Shown here: positions 21,432-32,381 of the stretch, in pieces
Layout of the letters: every line of letters begins with the position of its first letter
Position numbering within the stretch: the first letter of the stretch is position 1
Assembly (NCBI GenBank): GCA_963749075.1
Contig: CAVVLJ010000016.1
Location: 96,001 to 160,000, forward strand
Direction of reading: 5' to 3'
Source of the DNA: an uncultured Pseudomonadota bacterium
GTDB lineage: Bacteria; Pseudomonadota; Alphaproteobacteria; JACZXZ01
DNA: 64,000 nt
Made by a program: the position numbers and the translations under genes
Notes under the pieces: generated by a model
What the model was told of the DNA's origin: nothing
Seen by the model: only the letters and a program-made list of their open reading frames with translations
The model's database searches: none

Positions 21432-21950
21432 ATGGAGTCGTTCATCCGCGCCGTGCGGACGGTCTCGCAGCTCGCGGGATTCGTCGCGGCAGGCCTCATC
21501 GCCCTCGGCGTGATCGGAATCTGCGACATGGTGGTCGAGCGCTATCTGCTCGGCCTGAACACCATCTGGCAGACCGATTTCGTGACCTACAGCCTGATCG
21601 CCGCCACCTTCATCGGCAGCCCCTACGTCTTGCTGACGCGCGGCCACGTGAACGTGGACGTGCTGCCGCACTATGCGGGCCCCCGCATGCGCTATTGCCT
21701 CGCCCTTTACGCAGCGCTCCTCTCGCTCGCCTTCGCGGCGGTCATGACCGTGCTCACCTACCGCTACTGGCTCGAGGCATGGAGCAACGGCTGGCGCTCC
21801 GACACGCTTTGGCGCGCGCGCCTCTGGATCCCCTACTCGGCGATGCCGATCGGCCTCGGCCTCCTGGCACTCCAGTACGTCGTCGATCTCGTCTGCCTCG
21901 TGACCGGCCGCGAGCCGCCGTTCGGCGCCGATCCCGAGCGCCGCTCATGA
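21432..21950 (+). CDS. TRAP transporter small permease (DctQ family)
   Basis: About four TM helices, GHVNVD motif. Confidence 0.92.
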   Translation: MESFIRAVRTVSQLAGFVAAGLIALGVIGICDMVVERYLLGLNTIWQTDFVTYSLIAATFIGSPYVLLTRGHVNVDVLPHYAGPRMRYCLALYAALLSLAFAAVMTVLTYRYWLEAWSNGWRSDTLWRARLWIPYSAMPIGLGLLALQYVVDLVCLVTGREPPFGADPERRS

Positions 21951-23263
21951 GCCCGACGGCCGAAGGCACCATCGTTCTCGTGGTCACGCTCGCGGTGCTG
22001 CTCTCGGGGGCGCCCGTCGCCTTCGCGCTCGGCGCCATCTCCATCGTCTTCATCGTCATCTTCCAGGGCTTCGACGCGCTGCATGCGGTGGCCGAGATCT
22101 TCTATTCGGGGCTCAACGACTTCACGCTCGTCTCGATTCCCATGTTCGTGATGATGGGGGCGGCGATCGGCTCGTCGCCCGCCGGCAGGGACCTCTACGA
22201 GGCGCTCGACCGCTGGCTCTACCGGGTGCCGGGCGGGCTCGTCATCTCGAACCTCGGCGCCTGCGCCCTCTTCGCGGCCCTCACCGGCTCCTCGCCCGCG
22301 ACCTGCGCCGCGATCGGCAAGATGGGCATTCCCGAGATGCGGCGGCGCGGCTATTCCGACGGCATCGCCACCGGCTCGATCTGCGCGGGCGGCACGCTCG
22401 GCATCCTCATCCCGCCCTCGATCACCTTCATCCTCTACGGCATCGCCACCGAGACCTCCATCGGCCGGCTCTTCCTCGCCGGCGTGATGCCCGGGCTGAT
22501 GCTGACCGGCCTCTTCATGCTGTGGACGCTGTTCGCGGTCTGGCGCAGCGGCTTCCGCGCCCACGCTGCTGAGTTCCGCTACAGCTGGCGCCAGAAGTTC
22601 GCGGCGATCCCCAAGGTGGCGCCCTTCCTCGCCATCGTGGCCGCGGTCATGTACGTGCTCTACGGCGGCATCGCGACGCCGTCCGAGGCCGCTGGCGTGG
22701 GGGCCGCACTTTGCCTCGTGCTTGCCGTTATCATCTACCGCATGTGGGACCCGCGCGCGGTCTGGCAGATCCTCAAGGAGACCACGCGCGAATCGGTCAT
22801 GATCCTCATGATCATCGCCGCCGCCGCGCTCTTCGGCTACATGCTGACCTCGCTCTACCTCACCCAGACGCTCGCCCAGGGCATCGCCGCCATGGCGGTC
22901 AACCGCTGGGTGCTGATGCTGCTCATCAACATCTTCCTCCTCGTCTGCGGCTTCTTCATCCCGCCCGCCGCAATCATCCTGATGACGAGCCCGATCCTCT
23001 TGCCGATCATCACCGCCGCCGGCTTCGATCCGGTGTGGTTCGGCGTCATCCTGACGATCAACATGGAGATCGGGCTCATCCACCCGCCGGTCGGGCTCAA
23101 CATCTACATCGTCAGCAGCATTGCCCCCGACGTGCCGGTGGTGCGCATCATGTGGGGGACGCTGCCCTATGTGATCTGCATGATGCTGCAGATCGTCGCC
23201 CTCTGCTTCTTCCCCCACATCGCGACCTGGCTCCCCGACCTGCTCATGGGTGCCGCGCACTGA
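21947..23263 (+). CDS. TRAP transporter large permease (DctM family)
   Basis: GSSPATCAAIG, GTLGILIPPS, TPSEAA, HPPVGLN. Confidence 0.95.
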   Translation: MSPTAEGTIVLVVTLAVLLSGAPVAFALGAISIVFIVIFQGFDALHAVAEIFYSGLNDFTLVSIPMFVMMGAAIGSSPAGRDLYEALDRWLYRVPGGLVISNLGACALFAALTGSSPATCAAIGKMGIPEMRRRGYSDGIATGSICAGGTLGILIPPSITFILYGIATETSIGRLFLAGVMPGLMLTGLFMLWTLFAVWRSGFRAHAAEFRYSWRQKFAAIPKVAPFLAIVAAVMYVLYGGIATPSEAAGVGAALCLVLAVIIYRMWDPRAVWQILKETTRESVMILMIIAAAALFGYMLTSLYLTQTLAQGIAAMAVNRWVLMLLINIFLLVCGFFIPPAAIILMTSPILLPIITAAGFDPVWFGVILTINMEIGLIHPPVGLNIYIVSSIAPDVPVVRIMWGTLPYVICMMLQIVALCFFPHIATWLPDLLMGAAH

Positions 23264-23281
23264 GGCGGCGCGGCCGCAAGG

Positions 23282-24476
23282 TCAGTCCGCGGGTGCGGCG
23301 AGTGCCGCGCGCCGCTCGCTCGGCAGGAAGAGCCCCGCCGTTGCCACCGCGAGCGCCAGGACGGCGAGCAGAGGCAAGAGCGTCGAGAAGCCGCCGGCGC
23401 GGTCGTGGAGGAAGCCCACGATGGGCAGCGTGAGCGCGCTCACGCCGAAGCTCATGAGCTGCTTCGCCGCATAGATGCGCGTGCGCCATTCGGGGGTGGC
23501 GTAGCGCCCGACCATCCAGTCGCTGATCGGAATGGCGCCGAAGACGAAGAGGAAGAGCAGGAGTGCCGTGCCCACCAGCGCCCAGCCGCGCGTGCCCGCG
23601 ATGAGAAGGAGGAAGGGCACCTGGGCCAAGGGGATGAGGATATAGAGGGGCTTCAAGGGATAGCGGTCGAGCAGGTGGCCGACGAAGATTCTGGGCGGCC
23701 GCCGCGATCGCGAAGGTGACGGTCGCGAAGGCGCCCACCGCGGTGGTGCCGCCGGCGAGGCCGCCGAGCTGCTCCTGGTAGAGCTTGGGCAGCACCACGG
23801 TCGCGGCATTGAAGACGAGGCCGCTCGCGAGCGAGCCCACCAGCACGACGAGCACCACGCGGACGAGTGCGGCGCGCGGCAGGGCCACGGTCGTGCGCTT
23901 AAGGCGCGCCGCGCGCTCGGCCGTTTCGGTACGTCCGCGCATATGCAACGCAAAGGCGAGGCCGGTGAGGACGGAGACGATGCCCGGCACCACGAAGGCC
24001 ATGCGCCAACCATAGCGCTCGCTGAGCGTGGCCGCGGTGATGGCGGCGAACGCCACGCCGAGATTGCCGAACACGCCGTTGACGCCGAGCGCCTTGCCCA
24101 TGGCGGCCGATTCCTCGACCACCATGGCGATGCCGACCGGGTGGTAGATCGAGGCGAAGAGCCCGATGAGGGTGAGGCCGCAGGCCAGCTCGAGCGAGCC
24201 GTGCGCAAAGCCGGTCACGATCGCCGCACCCCCCATGCCCACGAAGAAGAGCGTCATCATGGTGCGCCGGCTCACGCGGTCGCCGAGCCAGCCCGAGGGC
24301 AGCGTGCCAACGCCGAAGGCGACGAAGCCGGCGGTGCCCAGAGCCAGGAGTTCGCCGTAGGGGCGCTGCCAATCGCGCTCGAGCGAGAGCACGACCGTGG
24401 GGAAGATCAGCATGAAGAGATGGTCGTAGAGATGGCCGGCATTGAGGAAGAGGATGGTGAGGCGGCGCTGCGGCAT
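23282..24476 (-). CDS. MFS transporter with one +1 frameshift near 23690
   Basis: GWLGDRVSRR motif and SIYHPVG in one frame; C-terminal half (IFVGHLLDRYP...) in the next frame; deleting one base gives 397 aa. Confidence 0.88.
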
Positions 24477-24547
24477 GGCGGGGCTCCTCGCGGCCCATGA
24501 GAGGGAGCGATGGACTCTAGCGGCGCTGCCTGTTACCGTCTCTCGAT

Positions 24548-25348
24548 ATGAAGCCAAAAAATGTCTCGATTCGGACAGCCGTGCTTGATGGTGCACGCGC
24601 GGCGCCGGTCGAGGGCGGCGGCCAGCCCGTCATCGCGCGCGCCACCGACTATCCCGACCGCCATCTCATCGCCGCCCATTGGCACCCGCGCGCCCAGCTC
24701 CTCTACGCGCGGAACGGCATCATGACGGTGACGACGGAGGCGGGCATCTTCGTGGTGCCGCCGCAGCGCGCGGTCTGGGTGCCGGCGCGCCTCGTGCATC
24801 AGGTGCGCGCCTCGGGCCGCCTCGAGATGCGCAGCCTCTATATCGACGAGGCCGCCGCACCCGGCCTGCCGGGCGGCTGCTGCGTCGTCACCGTGAGCCC
24901 GCTCTTGCGCGAGCTCATCATGGCGGCAGTCGCCTTGGCGCCTTGCCGTCCCGCGGACGGCCGGGCCGCCCACGTCATGTCGCTCATCCTCGACGAGATC
25001 CGCGCGCAGCGGAGCGCACCCCTCCATCTCCCGGAGCCGCAGGACGGCCGCTTGAAGCGCATCGCGGCAGCGCTCCGCGCGGAGCCGGGCGACGGCCGCA
25101 CGCTCGCCGCCTGGGGCGATCTCGTAGGTGCCAGCGCCCGCACGCTCGCCCGCCGCTTCCAGGCCGAGACCGGCCTCTCCTTCGCCCGCTGGCGCCAGCA
25201 GGCGCGGCTCCTCGAGGCGCTCGTCCGGCTCGCGGGCGGTGCGGCGGTGACGACCGTGGCGCTCGATCTCGGCTACGACAGCCCGAGCGCCTTCATCGCC
25301 ATGTTCCGGCGCGCCCTCGGCACCACGCCGGCACGCTATTTCGGGTGA
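24548..25348 (+). CDS. AraC-family transcriptional regulator (cupin plus HTH), divergent from the MFS gene
   Basis: HWHPRAQL, VPPQRAVWVP, LGYDSPSAFIAMFRR. Confidence 0.93.
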   Translation: MKPKNVSIRTAVLDGARAAPVEGGGQPVIARATDYPDRHLIAAHWHPRAQLLYARNGIMTVTTEAGIFVVPPQRAVWVPARLVHQVRASGRLEMRSLYIDEAAAPGLPGGCCVVTVSPLLRELIMAAVALAPCRPADGRAAHVMSLILDEIRAQRSAPLHLPEPQDGRLKRIAAALRAEPGDGRTLAAWGDLVGASARTLARRFQAETGLSFARWRQQARLLEALVRLAGGAAVTTVALDLGYDSPSAFIAMFRRALGTTPARYFG

Positions 25349-25462
25349 ACGCGCTGCGGGCGATTCGCAAAGCCGTCCTTGCCGGCCCTGGCGCCAGGGA
25401 GTAGCGTCGCTCGTCCGTCCATGGAATGCGGGGCCGGCCGCCGGCACCGGCGAGGAGAGAGC

Positions 25463-26884
25463 ATGTCCGCGCAGCCGAAAATTGCCGCCGAGCCGCAGGT
25501 CGCCGCAGTGCCGCGCCTCAACCCGCGTGCCTCAGCCGAGTTGCATGCCCTCCTCGGCGAGCGCTTCTCGACGTCGCTCGCGGTGCGCGAGCTCCACGGC
25601 AAGGACGAATCGAGCTTCCGCCCGGTGCCGCCGGAGGCGGTCGCTTTCGCGCGCTCGACCGAGGAGGTGAGCGCCATCGTCAAGATTTGCGCGCGCCACA
25701 GGGTGCCGGTCATCCCCTTCGGCACCGGCACCTCGCTCGAGGGCCACGTGCTCGCGATCCAGGGCGGCCTCTCGCTCGATGTGAGCCAGATGAACCGGGT
25801 GCTGCGCGTGAGCCCGGAGGATCTCGACTGCACGGTCGAGGCCGGCGTCACGCGCAAGCAGCTCAACCAGCACATCAGGGACACCGGGCTCTTCTTCCCC
25901 ATCGATCCGGGTGCCGACGCCTCCTTGGGCGGCATGGCGGCGACGCGCGCCTCCGGCACCAACGCGGTGCGCTACGGCACCATGCGCGAGAACGTGCTCT
26001 CGCTCACCGTCGTGCTGCCCGACGGGCGCATCGTGCGCACGGCGCGGCGCGCGCGCAAGTCGGCCGCCGGCTACGATCTCACGCGGCTCTTCGTGGGCTC
26101 GGAGGGCACGCTCGGCGTCATCTGCGAGGTGACGCTCCGCCTCTACGGCATCCCGGAGGCGATCTCGGCCGCCGTCTGCCCGTTCCCCAGCCTCGAGGCG
26201 GCGGTGCGCACGGTGATCCAGACCATCCAGATGGGCATCCCCATCGCCCGCATCGAGCTCGCCGATCCCAGTGCGATGCGCGCGATCAATCGATACTCCA
26301 AGCTCGACTACCCGGAGTCGTTCACGCTCTTCTTCGAGTTCCATGGCAGCGAGAGCGGCGTCAAGGAGCAGGTCGAGACGGTCGAGGCGCTCGCCGGCGA
26401 GCATGGTGCCAACGACTTCCGCTGGGCGGTGCGGCCGGAGGAGCGCAGCAAGCTGTGGCAGGCGCGGCACGATGCCTATTTCGCCTCGCTCCAGCTGCGG
26501 CCAGGCTGCCGCGGCATCTCGACGGATGTCTGCGTGCCCATCTCGCGCTTGGCCGACTGCATCCTCGAGACCTTCGACGACATCAAAGGCGCCTCCATGC
26601 CGATCACGCTCGTGGGCCACGTGGGCGACGGCAATTTCCATCTCCTCTTCCTCATCGATCCGGACAGCGAAGCCGAGCGCCACGAGGCCGAGACGCTGAA
26701 CGAGCGCATGGTGATGCGGGCGCTCGCCATGGACGGCACCTCGACGGGCGAGCACGGCGTCGGCATCGGCAAGATGGACTTCCTCCTCGCCGAGCATGGC
26801 GAGGCGGTGAGCGTCATGCGCCAGATCAAGCGGGCGATCGACCCGGACAATCTGATGAATCCGGGCAAGATGCTGCGCTTCTGA
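25463..26884 (+). CDS. FAD-linked oxidase, D-lactate dehydrogenase/GlcD family
   Basis: PFGTGTSLEG, DPGADASLGG, GSEGTLG, GHVGDGNFH, GEHGVG, NPGK. Confidence 0.93.
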   Translation: MSAQPKIAAEPQVAAVPRLNPRASAELHALLGERFSTSLAVRELHGKDESSFRPVPPEAVAFARSTEEVSAIVKICARHRVPVIPFGTGTSLEGHVLAIQGGLSLDVSQMNRVLRVSPEDLDCTVEAGVTRKQLNQHIRDTGLFFPIDPGADASLGGMAATRASGTNAVRYGTMRENVLSLTVVLPDGRIVRTARRARKSAAGYDLTRLFVGSEGTLGVICEVTLRLYGIPEAISAAVCPFPSLEAAVRTVIQTIQMGIPIARIELADPSAMRAINRYSKLDYPESFTLFFEFHGSESGVKEQVETVEALAGEHGANDFRWAVRPEERSKLWQARHDAYFASLQLRPGCRGISTDVCVPISRLADCILETFDDIKGASMPITLVGHVGDGNFHLLFLIDPDSEAERHEAETLNERMVMRALAMDGTSTGEHGVGIGKMDFLLAEHGEAVSVMRQIKRAIDPDNLMNPGKMLRF

Positions 26885-27128
26885 GACCGCTTCGGGCGCC
26901 GGGATGCGGCGTCCTCCGCGTGCTGCGGCGGGCGCGCGGGACTTGACCTCGCCATAAAGTCGTCACAAGGCTTCCTTAGCGTGCTGCTGCCCGGGCTGTC
27001 GGGCCGGCGCCGCCCGTAAAGGATGCAGCGGTGCCGCTGGCTTTTGCCGCGGCCTTCGTTTTGAGCTGAGGCGATAGGTTTCTGACTTTGGCAGCCGCGG
27101 CCCGGACGCGGTTCAGGAGGCCTCACGC

Positions 27129-30100
27129 GTGAGGAAGCTCTTCATCAGCCTCGGCGCTCTTTTGGCGCTGGCCGCCGTCACCGCGCTCTTCGCCCCGAGC
27201 CTCGTCGACTGGAACCGCTACAAGGGCGAGATCTCGACGCGCGTCGAGGATGCGACGGGCCGCACGCTCACGATCGACGGCAACATCGCACTTGCGCTCC
27301 TGCCCACGCCAAAGCTGCTCGTGACCGGCATGCGTCTCTCGAACCTGCCGGGCTCGAAGAACCCGGACATGGTGCGCCTCAAGGCGCTCGAGGCCCATGT
27401 CGCCTTTGCCCCGCTCCTCGCCGGCCGCATCCAGATCGAGAGCCTCGATCTCATCGAGCCGCAGGTCCTCGTCGAGCGCCTTGCCGACGGTCGGGTCAAC
27501 TGGAAGTTCACGCCCGAGAGAGCGCCGGCGGACAGCGGCTCGAGCGCGGCACCCGCGGCCGCGGGAGGCGAAGCGACGCCGCTGCCCTCCTGGCTGCAGC
27601 TCGATCATCTCACGGTCGAGGGCGGCACGCTCGTCTACCACGATGCGAAGACGGCCAAGCTGTGGACGCTCAGCCAGATCAACGGCGGGCTCAGCGCGGG
27701 CACCCAGGCGGGCCCCTACCGCGCCCAATGGCGCGCCGTGGCGGGCAAGCTGCCGGTCACCATGGACATGTCGCTCGAACGCATTGCCGGCCGCCGCCCC
27801 GCGGGCTTCGGCCTGCGCGTCGCCTTCACCGGCGCGCAGGTCGATTTCAACGGCAGCGTCAGCAATACCGCCGACGGGCTCGAGCTCGCCGGCAAGCTCC
27901 GTGCCTCGAGCCCCGACGTGAGCGCCGCGGCCGCCACCATGGGGCTCGCCGGGCTCGCGGCGCTGCCGGCGTTCCTCAATCAAAAGCTGGCGCTCGACGG
28001 CACCATCACCGCCTCCCAGCAGAAGCTCGTGTTGAGCCAGCTCTCGCTGCGCCTCGGCGAGAGCGAGGCGACCGGCGGCATCTCCTTCCAGCCCGGCCCG
28101 AAGGACCGCGTGGCGGTGACGCTGGCGCTGACGCGCATCGATCTCGACAAGTGGCTCGCGAGCGAGCCGCCGCCCAAGGCGGCCTCGGGTGCCGCCCTGG
28201 GTCCGGCCGTGCCGCTCACGGCGGGGGCGGCAGCCGACGCGGCCAAGGAGGCCGTGCTCGACCTCGCGTCCTTCAAGCTTCCCGACGGCATCGAGGCGAC
28301 GCTCGACGTGTCCCTCGACGGCCTCCTCCTCAAGGGCGGCGTGGTGCGGCAGATCCGTTTCGGAGCGGCGCTCAACAACGGCGAGCTCGCCCTCACCCAG
28401 CTCACCGCCGAGCTGCCCGGCGGCTCGGACGTGACGATCTATGGCGCGCTCAAGACGCCGCCCGGCGGGCCGGTCTTCAACGGCGACATCGAGGCGGCCT
28501 CCGACAACCTGCGCGGCATCTTCGACTGGCTCAAGATCGATACCAGTGCGGTGTTGGCCGAGCGCATGCGCCGCCTCTCGCTCAGCGCTGCGATGCAGCT
28601 CACGCCCAATCAGCTCCAGCTGCGCGACGTCGATGCCACCCTCGACACCTCGCACGTGATGGGCGCCGCCACCGTCCTCTTGCAGAAGCGCCCGGCCTTC
28701 GGCGCGAGCTTCGCGATCGACCGGCTCAATCTCGATGCCTACCTGCCGCAGCCGGCTGCTGCGAAGCCCGCGGCGCCGGCCGGCGCCAAGGCGTCCGCCA
28801 AGGAGGGCATTGCTACGGACGCCGCGAAGCTCGCAGCCGCGGATCCGCAGCACCTGCTCGCGGCCTTCGATGCCAACCTGCGCGCGCGCATCGACGAGCT
28901 CATCTTCCGCGGCCAATCCATCCGCGGCATCCGCTTCGACGGCACGGTGCAGTCGGGCGCGCTCACGGTGCGCGAGGCGAGCGTCGACGATCTCGCCGGG
29001 CTCAAGGGCCGGGTGTCGGGCAGCCTCAGCGGGCCGCAGCAGGCGCGCAAGCTCGATGCGACGCTCGATCTCAGCGCCTCCGATCCTGCCGGTCTCCTGC
29101 GCTTTGCCGGCTGGCAGACGTCGTTCCCGGTCGACCAATTGGGCACGGTGGCGCTCAAGGGGCAGCTCTCGGGCAATCTGGAGAAGCTCGCGATCGATCT
29201 CGACGCCGGGCTTCTCGAGGGGAGCTACAAGCTCAAGGGCGCGCTCGGCCTGGCGGGCGGCACGCCGAGCTGCGAGCTCGATGTCGCGGCGAAGCAGCCG
29301 CAGCTCGAGCGCCTGGTGCGCCTCTTCGCGGCCGACCGGGATCCGGGCGGTCTCGGGGAGCTCGATCTTTCGGCCCATGTGAGCGCCAAGGGCGATGCGA
29401 TTTCAGTGAGCGGCCTCAAGGCCCAATCGGGGCTGCTCGACGCGGCGGGCGATTTTGCCGTAAACGGCCTTGGCCAGAAGCGCGCGGTCAAGGCGAGCCT
29501 CACGGGCTCGACGAAGCGTCTTGCCGAGGTGCTGGGCCTCGCCGGCGCCAACGTGCCCCGGTCGCTCGACCGCCTCGGCGCGCTCGACGCTGAGCTCAAG
29601 CTCGAGGGCGAGGGCGAGAGCTATACCGTCGAGAGCAAGCTCACGGGGAGCGGCGGCTCCTTGGCGCTCGCCGGCAAGCTCGCGACGGCGGCCGGCGGCG
29701 CGAGCTATGACATGCTGCTCGACGCGGACGACAGCGAGTTTGCCACGCTGCTCGCCGCATTGCTGCCGGACTATCATCCGGCGAGCGCCAAGCTCGGCGG
29801 CTTCCGGCTGCACGCCAAGGCGACGGGAACGGGCGCCGCGATCGCTTTGAGCGAGCTCACGGCGAAGCTCGGGCCGGTGGACCTCACGGGCTCGCTTGCC
29901 GCGGCATTCGGCAGCGCGCGCCCGAAAGTGACCATGCGGCTCGAGGCGGACGCCCTCGACCTCGACCCGTTCCTTCCCGCAGGCGAGAGTGCCTCAGCGC
30001 CAAGCCGCCGCCCGCGCGGGCAGGCCGCCGCGACGAGTGCTCGCTGGTCGACGGCGCCGCTCGAGCTCGCCCTGCTCAAGTCGATCGATGCCGACGTGAC

Positions 30101-30911
30101 GCTCGACACCCCCTCGCTCACCTACGGGCAATACCGCATCGAGGGTGCCAAGCTCGCGGCAACGCTCGATCGCTCGGTCCTGGCGCTTGGCGGGCTCAGC
30201 GGCAAGCTTTACGGCGGCGATCTCAAGATCGCCGGCAAGCTCGACGGCACGGCACTCCCCGCGGCGAGCCTGTCGCTCCGCCTCGATGGCGCCAACCTCG
30301 GCCAAGCCGGGCTCAAGCTCGGCGCCGTCAAGCTCACGAACGGCCTGCTGTCGCTGTCGGCCGATCTCGCGACGAGCGGCGGCAGCGAGCTCGCACTGGT
30401 GCGCGGACTGAACGGCGGCGGCACGCTCGGCATGCAAGGCGGCGACATCGCGGGACTCGATCTAGGTGCTGTCAATGCGCGGCTCGCCAAGCCCGCGCGC
30501 GCGGCGGACGTGCTGGGCCTCGTGCAGGCTGCCACCTCGCGCGGCGAGACCAAGATCGAGCGTCTCGCGGGCACCTTCACCGTGAAGGACGGCGAGGCCG
30601 AGAACAAGGACCTGGTCATCCAGGCCGACGGCGCCAGCGGCGAGGGTCACGGCAGCCTCGATCTGCCGCGCTGGTACCTCGAGTACGAGACCTCCTTCAA
30701 GCTCGCCGCCGTCGCCGACGCGCCGCCCTTCGTCATCAAGTTCACGGGCGCCCCGGACGAGCCGCGCAAGTTCCTCTATGCGAACGAGTTCGAGAGGTGG
30801 CTCGCGAAGCGGGAGGCGGCGGCGCTGGTCAAGGGTGCGGTCAAGGGCGGCGCGCGGAACTCGACCGAGGGCGCCGTCGAGGACATCATCAAGAGCCTGG
30901 AGAAGAAGTAG
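27129..30911 (+). CDS. AsmA-family protein (1260 aa)
   Basis: N-terminal anchor then VDWNRYKGEI...TGRTLTIDG; repeated beta-rich segments; AsmA-like C-terminus. Confidence 0.88.
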   Translation: MRKLFISLGALLALAAVTALFAPSLVDWNRYKGEISTRVEDATGRTLTIDGNIALALLPTPKLLVTGMRLSNLPGSKNPDMVRLKALEAHVAFAPLLAGRIQIESLDLIEPQVLVERLADGRVNWKFTPERAPADSGSSAAPAAAGGEATPLPSWLQLDHLTVEGGTLVYHDAKTAKLWTLSQINGGLSAGTQAGPYRAQWRAVAGKLPVTMDMSLERIAGRRPAGFGLRVAFTGAQVDFNGSVSNTADGLELAGKLRASSPDVSAAAATMGLAGLAALPAFLNQKLALDGTITASQQKLVLSQLSLRLGESEATGGISFQPGPKDRVAVTLALTRIDLDKWLASEPPPKAASGAALGPAVPLTAGAAADAAKEAVLDLASFKLPDGIEATLDVSLDGLLLKGGVVRQIRFGAALNNGELALTQLTAELPGGSDVTIYGALKTPPGGPVFNGDIEAASDNLRGIFDWLKIDTSAVLAERMRRLSLSAAMQLTPNQLQLRDVDATLDTSHVMGAATVLLQKRPAFGASFAIDRLNLDAYLPQPAAAKPAAPAGAKASAKEGIATDAAKLAAADPQHLLAAFDANLRARIDELIFRGQSIRGIRFDGTVQSGALTVREASVDDLAGLKGRVSGSLSGPQQARKLDATLDLSASDPAGLLRFAGWQTSFPVDQLGTVALKGQLSGNLEKLAIDLDAGLLEGSYKLKGALGLAGGTPSCELDVAAKQPQLERLVRLFAADRDPGGLGELDLSAHVSAKGDAISVSGLKAQSGLLDAAGDFAVNGLGQKRAVKASLTGSTKRLAEVLGLAGANVPRSLDRLGALDAELKLEGEGESYTVESKLTGSGGSLALAGKLATAAGGASYDMLLDADDSEFATLLAALLPDYHPASAKLGGFRLHAKATGTGAAIALSELTAKLGPVDLTGSLAAAFGSARPKVTMRLEADALDLDPFLPAGESASAPSRRPRGQAAATSARWSTAPLELALLKSIDADVTLDTPSLTYGQYRIEGAKLAATLDRSVLALGGLSGKLYGGDLKIAGKLDGTALPAASLSLRLDGANLGQAGLKLGAVKLTNGLLSLSADLATSGGSELALVRGLNGGGTLGMQGGDIAGLDLGAVNARLAKPARAADVLGLVQAATSRGETKIERLAGTFTVKDGEAENKDLVIQADGASGEGHGSLDLPRWYLEYETSFKLAAVADAPPFVIKFTGAPDEPRKFLYANEFERWLAKREAAALVKGAVKGGARNSTEGAVEDIIKSLEKK

Positions 30912-31104
30912 AGAAGCAGGCGCTGGCGCATGTCGCAATCGGGCCGACCGCTCGATCGCGCCGCAACCCGTATTGCGCGAGTACCCGGCTCGGCGTCGCC
31001 GGCATTGCGTAATGGGCGTACGATGGGTCACGCACGCCGGGCACCTTCGGGATGTCGGCTTGAAACTGCCATCCATGGGGGGATGCGCCATGAATTGAAC
31101 CGGG

Positions 31105-31611
31105 ATGCTCCGCAGAATGACGCTGGCCATGCTGTGCGTCGGTATCGCCCTCACCATGACCGACGCAATGGCACAGGGAACGTCGAAAATCGATAAGAGG
31201 AAGCTGGTGGGAAGCTGGACGCTCGTCGCGGTCAGCAACACGCTTCCGGATGGCAAAACGACGCAGAATTTCGGTCCGAATGACGGCGTCGTGATTTTCG
31301 CGGCGAATGGCACGTTTGTTCAAGCGCTCGCGCGCCCGGATATCCCTAAATTCGCGTCCAACAATCGCAACACTGGAAGCCCCGACGAAAATAAAGCGGT
31401 CGTCCAGGCAAGTCTGGCATTCTTTGGCACGTATACCGTCGGCAAGGACGGCACCCTGACGCTTCATATGGAACGCAGCACCTTTCCAAACTGGAACGGC
31501 ACGGATCAGATGAGAACCATTACCTCCCTTACCGCTCATGAGCTGAAGTGGCACAACCCCCTTGCGACGGTGGGCGGAACCACTGAGACAGCCTGGAAGC
31601 GCACCAAATAG
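31105..31611 (+). CDS. Secreted lipocalin-like domain protein
   Basis: Signal peptide, LVGSWTLV, AFFGTYTV, STFPNWNGTDQ. Confidence 0.85.
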   Translation: MLRRMTLAMLCVGIALTMTDAMAQGTSKIDKRKLVGSWTLVAVSNTLPDGKTTQNFGPNDGVVIFAANGTFVQALARPDIPKFASNNRNTGSPDENKAVVQASLAFFGTYTVGKDGTLTLHMERSTFPNWNGTDQMRTITSLTAHELKWHNPLATVGGTTETAWKRTK

Positions 31612-31748
31612 CCGGGTTGCTTGGCGCCGGAGCGCCCATCGCCGACAGCAGTCCCCTATGGATCATGAACGCGTGCGGAAGCGGGAACGCGCCGCGACCG
31701 CTCCGCCTGCTGCCGAGCGTTGCGCGAATTCGCTCAGCTGCGTCGATT

Positions 31749-32165
31749 TCACGCAGCCTGCAACTGCGATGCCGGCGACGGCACGCTGAGCAACTGCCGC
31801 CAAGTCGCACCAAGCCGCTTGCGCTCCGCTTCCGCGGCCTTCGCCGCCGCGAGGATTTCGCCGTCATGCGCACTGCCGAGCATCCCGAGGATGGCCGCCA
31901 AGCGGTCCTTCGTCTCGGTATGCGCCGCCGCGTCGGTGTCGGCGAGCATCCATTCGCCGTTGCGGGTGCACCTCAGGACGCCTTGCCGCTCCAGATGTTC
32001 GGCCGCCTTGCGGACGCTGGCGTAGATCGTCGGGGACAGTTGCGCGAACGGCGCCGCGACTTCCCATGCGAGAAGCTGAGTGGAAAGGTGCGGCGTCCGA
32101 GTGAGAATGGCGATGATCGCGTATTCGATGCGATCAAGGCCCGGCCCAATTCGGCCCGCATTCAT
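31749..32165 (-). CDS. Hypothetical protein: winged-HTH-like N-terminus plus helical GMLGSAHDGE domain
   Basis: Protein-like 138-aa sequence (…LERQGVL…; RLAAILGMLGSAHDGEILAAAKAAE…TWRQLL); its ATG overlaps the upstream mini-ORF stop. Confidence 0.65.
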   Translation of the reverse strand: MNAGRIGPGLDRIEYAIIAILTRTPHLSTQLLAWEVAAPFAQLSPTIYASVRKAAEHLERQGVLRCTRNGEWMLADTDAAAHTETKDRLAAILGMLGSAHDGEILAAAKAAEAERKRLGATWRQLLSVPSPASQLQAA

Positions 32166-32248
32166 GGCGCGTGCCGTAGGGCGAGCGTGAACACGGCGGC
32201 GACTGCCGCCGTCCAAACAGTCAAGTCCCTGGGTAATCCATCGTGCAT
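32162..32248 (-). CDS. Putative 28-aa hydrophobic peptide
   Basis: GGAGG RBS, MHDGLPRDLTVWTAAVAAVFTLALRHAP, ATGA overlap with the next gene. Confidence 0.45.
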   Translation of the reverse strand: MHDGLPRDLTVWTAAVAAVFTLALRHAP

Positions 32249-32381
32249 GACACCCCCTCCGCCCAGACTCCAACATGCCCGCTGCAAAACATTGCGGGAT
32301 ACTGCGGTGGCCGGCGTGCGCTTGCCTTGACCTAGATCAGTCGTATGAAACTGGGATGGCACGCCAGCCCTATGGCAAGCC

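Noticed and set aside
26961-26990. CGTCACAA upstream of asmA as a third ECF-type promoter
   Set aside because: No CGTC at 15-16 bp spacing, so the motif is incomplete.
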